Source of the DNA: an uncultured Alcaligenaceae bacterium
GTDB taxonomy: Bacteria > Pseudomonadota > Gammaproteobacteria > Burkholderiales > JACQAP01
Assembly: GCA_964396485.1 (NCBI GenBank)
Contig: CAYNFN010000413.1
Span: forward strand, 1 to 48,407
Reading direction: 5' to 3'
DNA: 48,407 nt
Of this stretch, positions 17,041 through 25,929 are shown one piece after another. Below the pieces are notes generated by a model. The model was given only the letters and a program-made list of their open reading frames with translations. It made no database searches and was not told the DNA's origin. Within the stretch, counting starts at the first letter, position 1. Every line of letters begins with the position of its first letter. Position numbers and translations under genes: made by a program.

Positions 17041-17973
17041 TCAAGTCCCGTGCGCCTGTTTGTCCAGCGAGCTTCCCGAAACACTCCCGTAGCGGTTGGC
17101 CGCGAATTCGGAGCAGACGGCGTCCATGCTCCGGAAAGCCATGCCAAGCGCTGAATAAAGTTTTGCTGGCTGCATGGACACATCAAGCGGACGACTCTCG
17201 TAGAAATCGATGTCGCGCATGCTGCAGGGCGAGACTCGGGGATGAATATCCCTTCTCTCCCTTATCTTCTCAATGAGTAGGTTCAAGAGGTCGAGCCGGC
17301 TTATCGCTTGCGGCCCGCAGACATGGAAGATGCCAGAGAATGAATCTTCCACCATCCGAATCAGAGCGTGCGCCGCGTCGTTCACGTCGGCCGGCGAAAA
17401 GATCAGGTCGCTCGCGCAGCGAATCGTCTCGTTTCGGTCCAGTTGGTCGGCCCACTCATTCAGCAGGTTCCTCGGTTCAGGAGCAGAACTCACGAGCTTC
17501 GACAAGCGGGCGATGACCCAGGGGCCCTTGCTCGCCCGCAAGTGATGCTCTACATCCAGTTTCTGCTTCCCGTAGGTGAGAATCGGTTGCGTCGGGTCGG
17601 ACTCGTTCCTCATACCTTCGGACCCGTCAAAGACAGCGTCGCTCGACGCGAATATTGGCTTTACTCCTGCGTCGATGAGATCGTCGACTACCTTCTCGAT
17701 GCTGGCTACATTAACCAGCGAAGTACCCGCCGGATCGCGCGCGCAGTCGTCGAGCTTGGTAATGCCATACAGCACGAACGCGGCGAGAAAGTCGTGCGCG
17801 CCGCGCAACAACGTGTCACACAAGCGCATGGATGAAGCATCGAAGAAAACTCCGCCGTCGACGGTATGGGATCGGTATGTCGCGACGGCCCGCTTAGGGT
17901 CCAGCAAGGCGCTCACGTGCCGGCCAAGCAGGCCGGAAGCTCCCAAGACAAGAAACCTACCTCGATCAGACAT
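17041..17973 (-). CDS. RmlD-like (dTDP-4-dehydrorhamnose reductase family) SDR
   Basis: 310-aa ORF. FLVLGASGLLG, SSDAVFDG, YGKQKLDVE (YxxxK). First gene of the minus block that contains wzm/wzt. Confidence 0.8.
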   Translation of the reverse strand: MSDRGRFLVLGASGLLGRHVSALLDPKRAVATYRSHTVDGGVFFDASSMRLCDTLLRGAHDFLAAFVLYGITKLDDCARDPAGTSLVNVASIEKVVDDLIDAGVKPIFASSDAVFDGSEGMRNESDPTQPILTYGKQKLDVEHHLRASKGPWVIARLSKLVSSAPEPRNLLNEWADQLDRNETIRCASDLIFSPADVNDAAHALIRMVEDSFSGIFHVCGPQAISRLDLLNLLIEKIRERRDIHPRVSPCSMRDIDFYESRPLDVSMQPAKLYSALGMAFRSMDAVCSEFAANRYGSVSGSSLDKQAHGT

Positions 17974-18005
17974 CCGCTATACGTATTGCTGCGGCTTCCT
18001 AGATG

Positions 18006-18022
18006 CCAACCGAACCGGTTGG
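18006..18022. repeat. 7-bp inverted repeat CCAACCG-AAC-CGGTTGG (contains AACCGGTT)
   Basis: Read directly in the 17974-18157 divergent spacer. Confidence 0.9.
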
Positions 18023-18157
18023 TCGAAGGGCGGGCGGACCATCGCTTGTGCTTCTACGTTACGCCCCGAGCGGAGATAGTATCACGCTAGCCCGAGCACG
18101 GCTCTGGAGGCCGCGGCCTGCGAGGGCCTTTTGTTTTGCAAATTCGAATACCGGATA

Positions 18158-18925
18158 ATGGCGCCTACGGCGATCGAGCGCTGGCCGGGAGACTCGCACA
18201 TCTCGAGAACATCAACGACGGGACGCATTGTGAGCAAGAAGAAATCAGCGAAGGTCGCGAAGGGCGAGAAACAGTACCAGAAGGCGATAGATGGCGTGCT
18301 GAGCCAAGGCGCGGAGCGGCTCGGCCTCATGACGACCTGGGCTTATCGCGACGATCCGAAGCGGCTCGCTTTTACCTTCGCCCGGTACAAGTTCGTCGGC
18401 AAGATGCTCGCTGGCTGCGAGAACGTCCTAGAGGCCGGATGCGGGGACGCCTTCGTGAGCAGGGTGGTGCGCCAGTCCGTCAAGCGCCTGACGGCCGTGG
18501 ATTTCGACCGGCGGTTTGTCGACGATGCGAATTCGCGCCTGAACGAACGCTGGCCGATCGAATGTTTTCAGCACGATCTCCTCGAAGGCCCGGTGCCGGG
18601 GAGCTTCGACGGTATTTACAGCCTGGACGTGCTGGAACACATTCCGAAGAGCAAGGAGCGGCGTTTCCTCGACAACCTTGTTGCTCCACTCACCTCCCAC
18701 GGCGTCCTCATCATCGGCATGCCGTCCCTTCGGTCACAGACCTATGCATCCGTGCAAAGCAAAGTCGGCCACGTTAACTGCAAAGACCAGAACGACCTCA
18801 AGCGCCTAATGCAGGACTACTTCCATTGCGTTTTCATGTTCTCAATGAACGATGAAGTCGTGCACACCGGATTCCACGCGATGTCTCACTATCACCTGGC
18901 GCTTTGTTGCGTAAAGAAATCTTGA
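18158..18925 (+). CDS. Class I SAM-dependent methyltransferase (paralogue of 14720-15394)
   Basis: The ORF-track start is a TTG at 18131 inside a T-tract; I trimmed it to the first ATG at 18158. VLEAGCGDAFVSRVV, IYSLDVLEHI, HVNCKDQNDLKRLMQDYFHCVFMFSMNDEVVHTGF. Confidence 0.8.
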   Translation: MAPTAIERWPGDSHISRTSTTGRIVSKKKSAKVAKGEKQYQKAIDGVLSQGAERLGLMTTWAYRDDPKRLAFTFARYKFVGKMLAGCENVLEAGCGDAFVSRVVRQSVKRLTAVDFDRRFVDDANSRLNERWPIECFQHDLLEGPVPGSFDGIYSLDVLEHIPKSKERRFLDNLVAPLTSHGVLIIGMPSLRSQTYASVQSKVGHVNCKDQNDLKRLMQDYFHCVFMFSMNDEVVHTGFHAMSHYHLALCCVKKS

Positions 18926-21153
18926 AGTTAGGCGGGACACTGACCGCTTTCGGCCAGTCTTTGCCCTTCGTCGGCGAGGTCTCAAGGTCGGCCTCCGCAT
19001 TTTTCGTCGCCGCCTTCCTCTCGTTGTTGCTCGTGAGCTTCCACAACAATTCAAGCTGCCTACTGATCGGCGTAGATGGCGCGCAGTGGGTGACGATGAT
19101 GGACGCGCAGGCTGCGTTCCGCATCCCGTTCGCCCAAGTCGGAGCCGACCCGTTCCAAGGAAGCTTCGATGCCTATTACCCTTCCTTTCGCGAGTACCTG
19201 CTACCGAACTTGCTGTCACTGCCCTTCACCGGCGGGAACGCCAGTGCGCCGATGGCGTACTTCATTTACGCCGCTTTGATGATGTTCTGCACGTACGCGG
19301 TAGGTCGCGCCGCGGGCATGACGCGCGGAGTGGCATTCTTTGGCGGAAGCCTCGTTCCGCTTCTTGCACTGCCGGTGCGGCCCGGTGACGGACCTATCCT
19401 ATATGCGATCTACAGTCTGAATCCCCATTTTGCCCAGGTCGCGTCCCTCGTACTTTTAATCGTCGCAGCGCTGTGGGCGCTGGATGGACGCGGGCGATCG
19501 GCAACGGTCGGTCTCATGCTCGCGCCCGTGGCCTGCCTGTCGCTCGCCTTCCTTTCGCTGGTTCCATACCTCGTACTGATGGTGGTACCGATCGCGTTCT
19601 ACGGCGCCGGCTCGCTGCTTGCTGCTGAGAATTGGCGGGGGAACATTCCCCGCGTACTTGCCGGACTGCTCATGATTGCCGTCCCGGCGGCGCTCGGCAT
19701 GGTGACCTACGCGTACGGACTGAACAGCTACGGCGTCTATGCGTTCTTTCCGCACGAGCTCGAGCTCCGCCCAGGCGGGGTGGAAGGCCTTCACTACGCC
19801 TCGAACATCTACCATGCCGGTTGGGCTGCCAGGATCCTCCTGGGGTTGGGCGTGATCGGCGCGCTCGGCGCCGCTTGCTGCGGCGGACCCAAGCTGCGTC
19901 GGTTCGCCTTGGTTTATCTCGTCTCGACTGCGCTCTTCCATGTCGCTGCCTACACCCTAGTCGTGTACGTCCCGCTTTCTCGCATCGGGCCGGCGCCGCT
20001 TTATTTCGAGCTCATGCTCCAGCCCTTCTCGATGCTGTTCGCGGCGCTCGCGCTCCTCTTCGGCGCAGACACACTGGCAAAATCCGCAAAGTGGCTCTGG
20101 CAAACCAGGCACTCAGGCGATCAAATCCGCATTGCCGGGATCATCGCCAACGCCGCACTTTGCGCAGCGCCCAGCTACCTCCTCGCCGTGAACGCAAGTG
20201 CCGCCGCGCATCAGTGGCCAGTGACCTGCGCGGGCCGCTCATTTTCGCCGATTCGGCCCACGCCCATCACTGACCGACTGAGACATGAGCTTGCAGTCAG
20301 ACATCACGAGCCCTTCCGCGGCCTCGTCGCCACGATTGCCGGGGCAGGCGAGAAGCCTTCCGCTACTTGGATCGATCTTCATTCCTACGACTACTACATG
20401 TGGAAGGCCGTAGGGAACGATCATCGTACGGTCGGCTTGTGGCGCTATGACGTTCCGACGCTATTCCACTATTCGGTCTATATCACCCCTCCCTACTATC
20501 TGCTGCTGACTGAGTTCCTGGCCAGGCCGGAGGACCAGCAGGTGCGCTCGGTGCTGGTCCTCACCCGCCCCGACGTCGGCATGCTGAAGCTCTGGGGCGC
20601 GCGATTCCTGATCACCGACATCGATAAGGGGATCGGCAAGACGGTTCTCGAAATGAAGATTCCCGGCCAGAAGAACTTGCGCCTCGTCGAGTTGGAGGAT
20701 GCAAATCTCGGAAACTATTCGCCTACCGTCGTTCAGTACGTGGAGGACTTCCGCGAAGGCCTCGCGCTGATGCACAGCAGCGGCTTTGATGCTCGGCGCA
20801 CCGTGGTGACCGACAGCCGCTCCAAGGGATCCTACGTGGAGGCGCAGGACGTTCAGCTTTCCTACGAGCCGGACGGCTTTGCGTTGCGGGCCGTGAGCGC
20901 CGGGCGCTCGATGCTTGTCCTTCCCATTCAATACAGCCGCTGCTGGACGATCTCCACGCCGGATCAGGCGAACCTCTTTCGAGCGAACTTGATGCAGCTG
21001 GGCGTGAGCTTCAGTGGAATGCTCGACGCTCGCCTTGTTTTTCGCTATGGTCCTGTCCTCGCCGGCGATTGCCGGGGCGCTGATCTGCGCGATGCGCTTC
21101 GGCTTCGCGTCGGCGAGGCAAGGGACCGCGCACGGCGCGGGGAAAGCAAGTGA
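18904..21153 (+). CDS. Large polytopic membrane protein with C-terminal soluble domain (GT-C-like / YfhO-like architecture; function inferred only)
   Basis: 749-aa ORF. About 10-11 hydrophobic segments in the first ~430 aa (e.g. MAYFIYAALMMFCTYAVG, VGLMLAPVACLSLAFLSLVPYLVLMVVPIAFYG, FALVYLVSTALFHVAAYTLVVYV), then ~320 aa non-hydrophobic. The start is uncertain. A TTG at 18922 would give a TTGA overlap with the preceding stop. Confidence 0.65.
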   Translation: MLRKEILKLGGTLTAFGQSLPFVGEVSRSASAFFVAAFLSLLLVSFHNNSSCLLIGVDGAQWVTMMDAQAAFRIPFAQVGADPFQGSFDAYYPSFREYLLPNLLSLPFTGGNASAPMAYFIYAALMMFCTYAVGRAAGMTRGVAFFGGSLVPLLALPVRPGDGPILYAIYSLNPHFAQVASLVLLIVAALWALDGRGRSATVGLMLAPVACLSLAFLSLVPYLVLMVVPIAFYGAGSLLAAENWRGNIPRVLAGLLMIAVPAALGMVTYAYGLNSYGVYAFFPHELELRPGGVEGLHYASNIYHAGWAARILLGLGVIGALGAACCGGPKLRRFALVYLVSTALFHVAAYTLVVYVPLSRIGPAPLYFELMLQPFSMLFAALALLFGADTLAKSAKWLWQTRHSGDQIRIAGIIANAALCAAPSYLLAVNASAAAHQWPVTCAGRSFSPIRPTPITDRLRHELAVRHHEPFRGLVATIAGAGEKPSATWIDLHSYDYYMWKAVGNDHRTVGLWRYDVPTLFHYSVYITPPYYLLLTEFLARPEDQQVRSVLVLTRPDVGMLKLWGARFLITDIDKGIGKTVLEMKIPGQKNLRLVELEDANLGNYSPTVVQYVEDFREGLALMHSSGFDARRTVVTDSRSKGSYVEAQDVQLSYEPDGFALRAVSAGRSMLVLPIQYSRCWTISTPDQANLFRANLMQLGVSFSGMLDARLVFRYGPVLAGDCRGADLRDALRLRVGEARDRARRGESK

Positions 21154-21219
21154 CTATTTCCCGCAAAGCGCCCGGCCGGCGACGTCAAGGTTAAGTCCAT
21201 AGAGCAGGAGAACCAGGAG

Positions 21220-22149
21220 ATGCCGCATGACCTGCAGCCCGATTGGGTTTCACTCGGCGAGCTGCGATTTACCGAACGAGACTGTCCGGTCTGCAGGTCC
21301 GCGGATGGAAAGCCGCTGTATCGAAAGATGGTCGCCGGCTACAAGATGCATTTCTGGCTGTGCAGATCCTGTGACACGATTTACGCGCGCAACCCCGTAG
21401 CCGAGCCGTCTCTTCCACAGCTTTTCGGATCGAAGGATTTCTTTCAAGGCGGAAATCCGGGCGGCGACAACATCGACTATTTTGACTTCATCGGTGGCGA
21501 GAAATATCTCCGAAAGACCGCGCGAGGACGGATCTCGCGCATCGCCCAGTACAAGCCTTCCGGCAAGATGCTCGAGGTCGCGAGCGCCGCAGGATTCTTT
21601 CTCATTGAGGCCAAGGAAGCGGGCTACGATGTGCAGGGGGTGGAAATCTCGGCGCCGATGGCAAAGTACGCGACCGAACGATGGAAAGTACCGGTGCGCG
21701 GCGCGTCTGTGGAGCGAATTGAGTTGCCAGCGGAGCATTTCGACGTGATCGCTTCCTGGGGAGTGATGACGATACTCCGTGATCCCGTTGGCACCATCCG
21801 GAAATTGCACCGCGCCCTGAAGCCGGGAGGTATCTGGGCCTTCAATACTTACTATCACGACGGTCTGTGGCACAAGCTCACCGGGAAGAAATGGAACATC
21901 CTCGTCGTCCAGGCGAGCCAGGTCTTTTCGAAGAAAGGCCTCATTGAACTGGTCACCAGAGAAGGCTTCCAGTTGCTGAAGCGGCGGCGAGACTGGCCGC
22001 ATTCGGACCTGCTGAAGATCGCCGATCACTTGGGACAGAACATCGGGCAGCGATGGCTGCCCCAGGCAGTCAAATTGGCCGGTTTGAAGGACCTGATCGT
22101 CCGCGTGCCGCTGCCGGACGTCTACGAGTACCTTTGGCGAAAGATCTGA
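21220..22149 (+). CDS. Class I SAM-dependent methyltransferase with N-terminal zinc-ribbon
   Basis: 309-aa ORF. CPVCRS ... CRSCDTIYA, MLEVASAAGFFLIEA (motif I), LKPGGIWAF. GCAGGAG lies 9 nt upstream of the ATG. Confidence 0.85.
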   Translation: MPHDLQPDWVSLGELRFTERDCPVCRSADGKPLYRKMVAGYKMHFWLCRSCDTIYARNPVAEPSLPQLFGSKDFFQGGNPGGDNIDYFDFIGGEKYLRKTARGRISRIAQYKPSGKMLEVASAAGFFLIEAKEAGYDVQGVEISAPMAKYATERWKVPVRGASVERIELPAEHFDVIASWGVMTILRDPVGTIRKLHRALKPGGIWAFNTYYHDGLWHKLTGKKWNILVVQASQVFSKKGLIELVTREGFQLLKRRRDWPHSDLLKIADHLGQNIGQRWLPQAVKLAGLKDLIVRVPLPDVYEYLWRKI

Positions 22150-22199
22150 CCGTACGCCGCGCCACCCGCACCACCGTGCGCAGGGGGACGATCGTCCTG

Positions 22200-22682
22200 A
22201 TGGATGTTCTTCTGGGCGCGAATGTCCGCTACTTCTCGTTCGTTAATCTCTATGGCTGCGAGATCGGCGACGAGACGAAGATCGGCACCTTCGTAGAGGT
22301 CCAGCGCGGGGCGAGCATCGGCAAGCGCTGCAAGATCTCGTCGCATACCTTCATCTGCGAGGGCGTTCACATCGGTGATGACGTGTTCGTCGGCCATGGG
22401 GTCATGTTCATCAACGACCGGGCACCGCGGGCGAGCGTGGACGGCAAGCAGGTCACGAATGAATGGTCGCTGGAGGAAACGTTCGTCGAGAACGGCGCAT
22501 CGATCGGCTCCAATGCGACGATCCTGTGCGGCCTTCGCATCGGCCGCCGTGCCGTCGTCGGCGCCGGCGCGGTGGTCACGCGCGATGTGGCGCCCGGATC
22601 GGTGGTCGCCGGAAACCCGGCGCGGCCGATGAAGAGATCGAGGGGCCGGGCGCGCAAGCAGCGAAGCGGCCGGCGGCGATGA
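22200..22682 (+). CDS. Left-handed beta-helix (hexapeptide-repeat) sugar N-acetyltransferase (WbpD/WlbB/PerB-like)
   Basis: Trimmed to the ATG at 22200. Hexapeptide repeats GCEIGDETKIGTFVEVQRGASIGKRCKISSHTFICEGVHIGDDVFVGHGVMF ... IGRRAVVGAGAVV ... GNPARP. The stop overlaps the next start (ATGA at 22679-22682). Confidence 0.85.
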   Translation: MDVLLGANVRYFSFVNLYGCEIGDETKIGTFVEVQRGASIGKRCKISSHTFICEGVHIGDDVFVGHGVMFINDRAPRASVDGKQVTNEWSLEETFVENGASIGSNATILCGLRIGRRAVVGAGAVVTRDVAPGSVVAGNPARPMKRSRGRARKQRSGRRR

Positions 22683-23779
22683 AAGTTCCTTTCAACGACC
22701 TTTCTCTCCAATGGCGGGAAATCCGCGCCGGCCTGATGCCCGAGCTCGAGACATTGTTCGAGAAGAGCGCGTTCTCCCTCGGTTATGCGGTGGACGCGTT
22801 CGAGCGCGAGTTTGCTTCCTACGCGGGCGTGAGCCAGGCCGTGGGTCTGAATTCCGGGACGTCGGCGCTGCATCTCGCGTTGCTTGCGGCCGGCATAGGG
22901 AAGGGCGACAGCGTCATCGTCCCCGCGCATACCTTCATCGCGACTGCCTGGGGTGTTTTGTACGCCGGTGCCACGCCGCTGCTGTGCGACGTCGACCCGG
23001 AGACCGGGAACATCGACTGCGCCGACGCAAGCCACCGCCTGCGTGCCGACACGCGTGCAGTGATACCGGTACACCTTTACGGACAGCCGGCAGACATGGA
23101 CGCGGTCATGGCCCTCGCGGGCGCGCACGGCCTGACCGTGATCGAGGATGCCTGCCAGGCGCACGGAGCGAAGTTTCGCGGCCGGCCGGTGGGCTCCATC
23201 GGGCTTGCGGGTTGCTTTAGCTTCTACCCGGGAAAGAAACTCGGAGCCGCAGGGGAAGCGGGCGCCATCACGACCAATGACGCGGCACTGGCGCAACGCA
23301 CGAAGTCCCTGCGCAACCATGGCCAGTACGAGCGCTACATCCACGCAGAAATCGGCTACAACTACCGCATGGAAGGCGTTCAGGGCTTGGTTCTCTCGCA
23401 CAAGCTGCGTAGGCTGGAAGCCTGGACGAAGGAGCGCCAGCGCCTAGCGCGGCGCCTACTGGAGGGCCTCGCCGGCTTGCCGCTGGGACTGCCGCATCCG
23501 GTCGTCGGCGACCATGTCTACCACCTGTTCGTCGTACGCACTGCCCGGCGCGACGCACTCCGCGCCCATCTGGAGAAGCATGGCGTCCAGACGGGACTGC
23601 ACTATCCGGTGCCCCTGCACCGCCAACCGTGCCTTCAGTACCTGGAATTTGCCCCCGACGCCTATCCGAATGCCGACCGCTATGCCTCCGAGGGGCTCAG
23701 CCTGCCGATCTATACCGGCATGACCGACGGGCAGGCCGACTGGGTAGTCGAATCCGTGCGCGATTTTTTCGGACGCTAA
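22679..23779 (+). CDS. DegT/DnrJ/EryC1-family sugar aminotransferase
   Basis: Trimmed to the ATG at 22679 (MKVPFNDLSLQW...). NSGTSALHLALLAAGIGKGDSVIVPAHTFIATA, IEDACQAHGA, FSFYPGKKLGAAGEAGAITT. Confidence 0.9.
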   Translation: MKVPFNDLSLQWREIRAGLMPELETLFEKSAFSLGYAVDAFEREFASYAGVSQAVGLNSGTSALHLALLAAGIGKGDSVIVPAHTFIATAWGVLYAGATPLLCDVDPETGNIDCADASHRLRADTRAVIPVHLYGQPADMDAVMALAGAHGLTVIEDACQAHGAKFRGRPVGSIGLAGCFSFYPGKKLGAAGEAGAITTNDAALAQRTKSLRNHGQYERYIHAEIGYNYRMEGVQGLVLSHKLRRLEAWTKERQRLARRLLEGLAGLPLGLPHPVVGDHVYHLFVVRTARRDALRAHLEKHGVQTGLHYPVPLHRQPCLQYLEFAPDAYPNADRYASEGLSLPIYTGMTDGQADWVVESVRDFFGR

Positions 23780-25150
23780 ATGCTTCCGACGCCCCTCGCG
23801 CCTTACGAATACGTATGGCCGCGGCCAGGATCGCTGGCAGCGCCGGCATGGCATCGGCTCGAGGGCACGAGACTGCTCGCGCGCTCACTTCCGGAGTCCG
23901 CCGACGAACTGGCGAGGGACAGCCGCTGGCCCGCGCTTTATCCGTCCCCGATCTGCATTGTGACGACCGCAGACGGCGAGGCGGTGGCGATGGAGCGCGT
24001 TGTCGGTCCTTCCATCGTCAATCGCTTCCCGTACATCATGGCGCTCAGCCTGTGTCTGGAAGACTTGTCGGGCCGCCATTATTCCCGCTCGAAGTTCGTC
24101 GATACGCTCGCAAGCGGCAAGGCGGCGGCGATTCAGTTCCTCGGGCCCGGGGTCGCCCTGGATGCGGTCCTGGGCACGATCGCCCGCCTCCCGGATTCGG
24201 ATGCTCATGCGCGCATCTCCGAAACCGGCCTGCCGACGCGGCGCGCGTTCAGCAATTCGGCGCCGGTTTTCAAGGACGCCTACCTCGTCTACGAAGGCAA
24301 GCTCTTGGCCGGGGAAGCTTCTACCAAGATCGGCAGCCATCGGGTCTTCTTCATACAGATTAATGCGATTCAGTTGCGCGAAGACATCGCCGACGGCCGT
24401 GAAGCGATTCTCTGGCGAAGTCTGCCGGCCTGGCAGGCCCACCATAAACCGGAACACATCGAGGAGGCTCGCGCGGTACGGAAGGCGGAGCTCGATCGGC
24501 TGAAATTCCAGAAGCTGTATACGACGCACTATCGGTTCCCGGCGCCTTCAACTGTCGCGTTCGAGCCTACAACGCGGGCCCATGGCATGGCGATCAGGGA
24601 ACTCCCGCCTGATCCCGCGAGGCAAGTGGAAGTGGACAACGAGCGAGCGCGCTGGCCGTGCTTTTTTCCCTCGTCGGTCGGCGTGATTACGTCGCGGACG
24701 GCAAACGGCCGCAGCGCGGTGATGCCGTGCGGCTCAACGATGGTCGTAAGCCGCCATCCGATGGTCATCGCGCCATGCATTTCCTACAACCCGATCAACG
24801 AGCGCTATGCACCGCGCGCGACGCTGGACGTGATTCGCGAATCAGGCAGGTTCGCCTGCGGCGTGCCGTACATCAGCGATGACATTGTCGAATTCATCAC
24901 CTTCACGGGGAACGTTTCGCTGAATACCGATCCGAACAAGCTCGCTCAATGCGGGCTCGACGCGGCGGTGCTTGGAGCAAATCCGGTCCTGCTCGACCTT
25001 CCCGTCACCTTCGAATGCCGCGTAGTGGGGGAGAAGCTGCTAGGTACCCACGCAATGATCTTCGGGGAGGTCGAGCAGGTGCTGGTCAGGGACGACGTCT
25101 CGGAGCGCAATCCCATGCGCTGGTGTCCCTGGGCGACCCTGTCTGGATAG
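23780..25150 (+). CDS. Tandem flavin-reductase-like (split beta-barrel FMN-binding) domain protein
   Basis: 456-aa ORF whose ATG immediately follows the preceding TAA. Two repeats of the pattern: PSPICIVTTADGEAVAMERVVGPSIVNRFPYIMALSL and PSSVGVITSRTANGRSAVMPCGSTMVVSRHPMVIAPCI ... THAMIFGEVEQVLV. Confidence 0.7.
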   Translation: MLPTPLAPYEYVWPRPGSLAAPAWHRLEGTRLLARSLPESADELARDSRWPALYPSPICIVTTADGEAVAMERVVGPSIVNRFPYIMALSLCLEDLSGRHYSRSKFVDTLASGKAAAIQFLGPGVALDAVLGTIARLPDSDAHARISETGLPTRRAFSNSAPVFKDAYLVYEGKLLAGEASTKIGSHRVFFIQINAIQLREDIADGREAILWRSLPAWQAHHKPEHIEEARAVRKAELDRLKFQKLYTTHYRFPAPSTVAFEPTTRAHGMAIRELPPDPARQVEVDNERARWPCFFPSSVGVITSRTANGRSAVMPCGSTMVVSRHPMVIAPCISYNPINERYAPRATLDVIRESGRFACGVPYISDDIVEFITFTGNVSLNTDPNKLAQCGLDAAVLGANPVLLDLPVTFECRVVGEKLLGTHAMIFGEVEQVLVRDDVSERNPMRWCPWATLSG

Positions 25151-25152
25151 CG

Positions 25153-25917
25153 ATGGCCCGCAGGCTACCCGACATCATTATCGGCGGCGCTCCGCGAAGC
25201 GGCACGACTTACCTGTGCCACGTGCTGGACCGCCACCCTGATGCCTTTGTAGCAAAGCCGTTCATTCCGGAACCCAAGGTCTGCATGACTCCGGCCCCCG
25301 GTGGCCCAGAGGGCTACCGGGTTCGCTATCGCGCGCTCTTTGCCGCCGCGGCTCCTCGCCAGATCCTGGTCGAAAAAACGAGCTACTACCTCGAGAACGA
25401 GGATTCCCTCGAACGCCTGCGCCATGCCGTGCCGGCCTGCAAGTTCGTCTTCATCGTCCGGGAGCCGTTGGCGCGCGCTTGGTCGAACTATCTTTGGTCT
25501 CGCAAGAACGGGATCGAAAAGCTCGAGTTCAAAGAGGCGATCCGGCTCGAAGGGAGCCGCAACAGCCCCCTCCCCCCGGAAAAGGCATACGCGCGCCCCT
25601 TCGACTACCTTGCGCGTGGTCGCTATGGTCTCTTCGCCCGCAGGTATCTCGAAGCTTTCGGTCGTTCGAATGTACTGTTCCTGCTGTACGAGGATATCGC
25701 GCTGCGCCCGGCTGAGCTTTACCAATCACTCCAGGAATTCTGCGGACTCGGACCCAGGCCGCAGTCCATGTCGCAGGTCGGCGTGATTAACCCAACTGAC
25801 GAGCTGGAGATCCCCCTGTCTGCGCACGAGCTGCTCGAGCTGCGGCAGCAGATGCGGCCCTGGGTCGAGGACTTCGTGAAAGCATCCGGTGTCGACGTTC
25901 ATGCATGGGGGTACTGA
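25153..25917 (+). CDS. PAPS-dependent sulfotransferase
   Basis: Trimmed to the ATG at 25153. 5'-PSB loop IIGGAPRSGTTYL and 3'-PB motif FVFIVREPLARAWSNY. Confidence 0.85.
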   Translation: MARRLPDIIIGGAPRSGTTYLCHVLDRHPDAFVAKPFIPEPKVCMTPAPGGPEGYRVRYRALFAAAAPRQILVEKTSYYLENEDSLERLRHAVPACKFVFIVREPLARAWSNYLWSRKNGIEKLEFKEAIRLEGSRNSPLPPEKAYARPFDYLARGRYGLFARRYLEAFGRSNVLFLLYEDIALRPAELYQSLQEFCGLGPRPQSMSQVGVINPTDELEIPLSAHELLELRQQMRPWVEDFVKASGVDVHAWGY

Positions 25918-25929
25918 CGCCTCAGCGCC

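Noticed and set aside
17974-18157. JUMPStart/ops element (GGCGGTAG) expected upstream of long polysaccharide operons. I also looked in 1125-1256, 9848-9982 and 48254-48311.
   Set aside because: The 8-mer was not found in either orientation in these spacers. Only partial matches occur inside coding sequence (e.g. CGCGGTAG near 198, AGCGGTAG near 15083).
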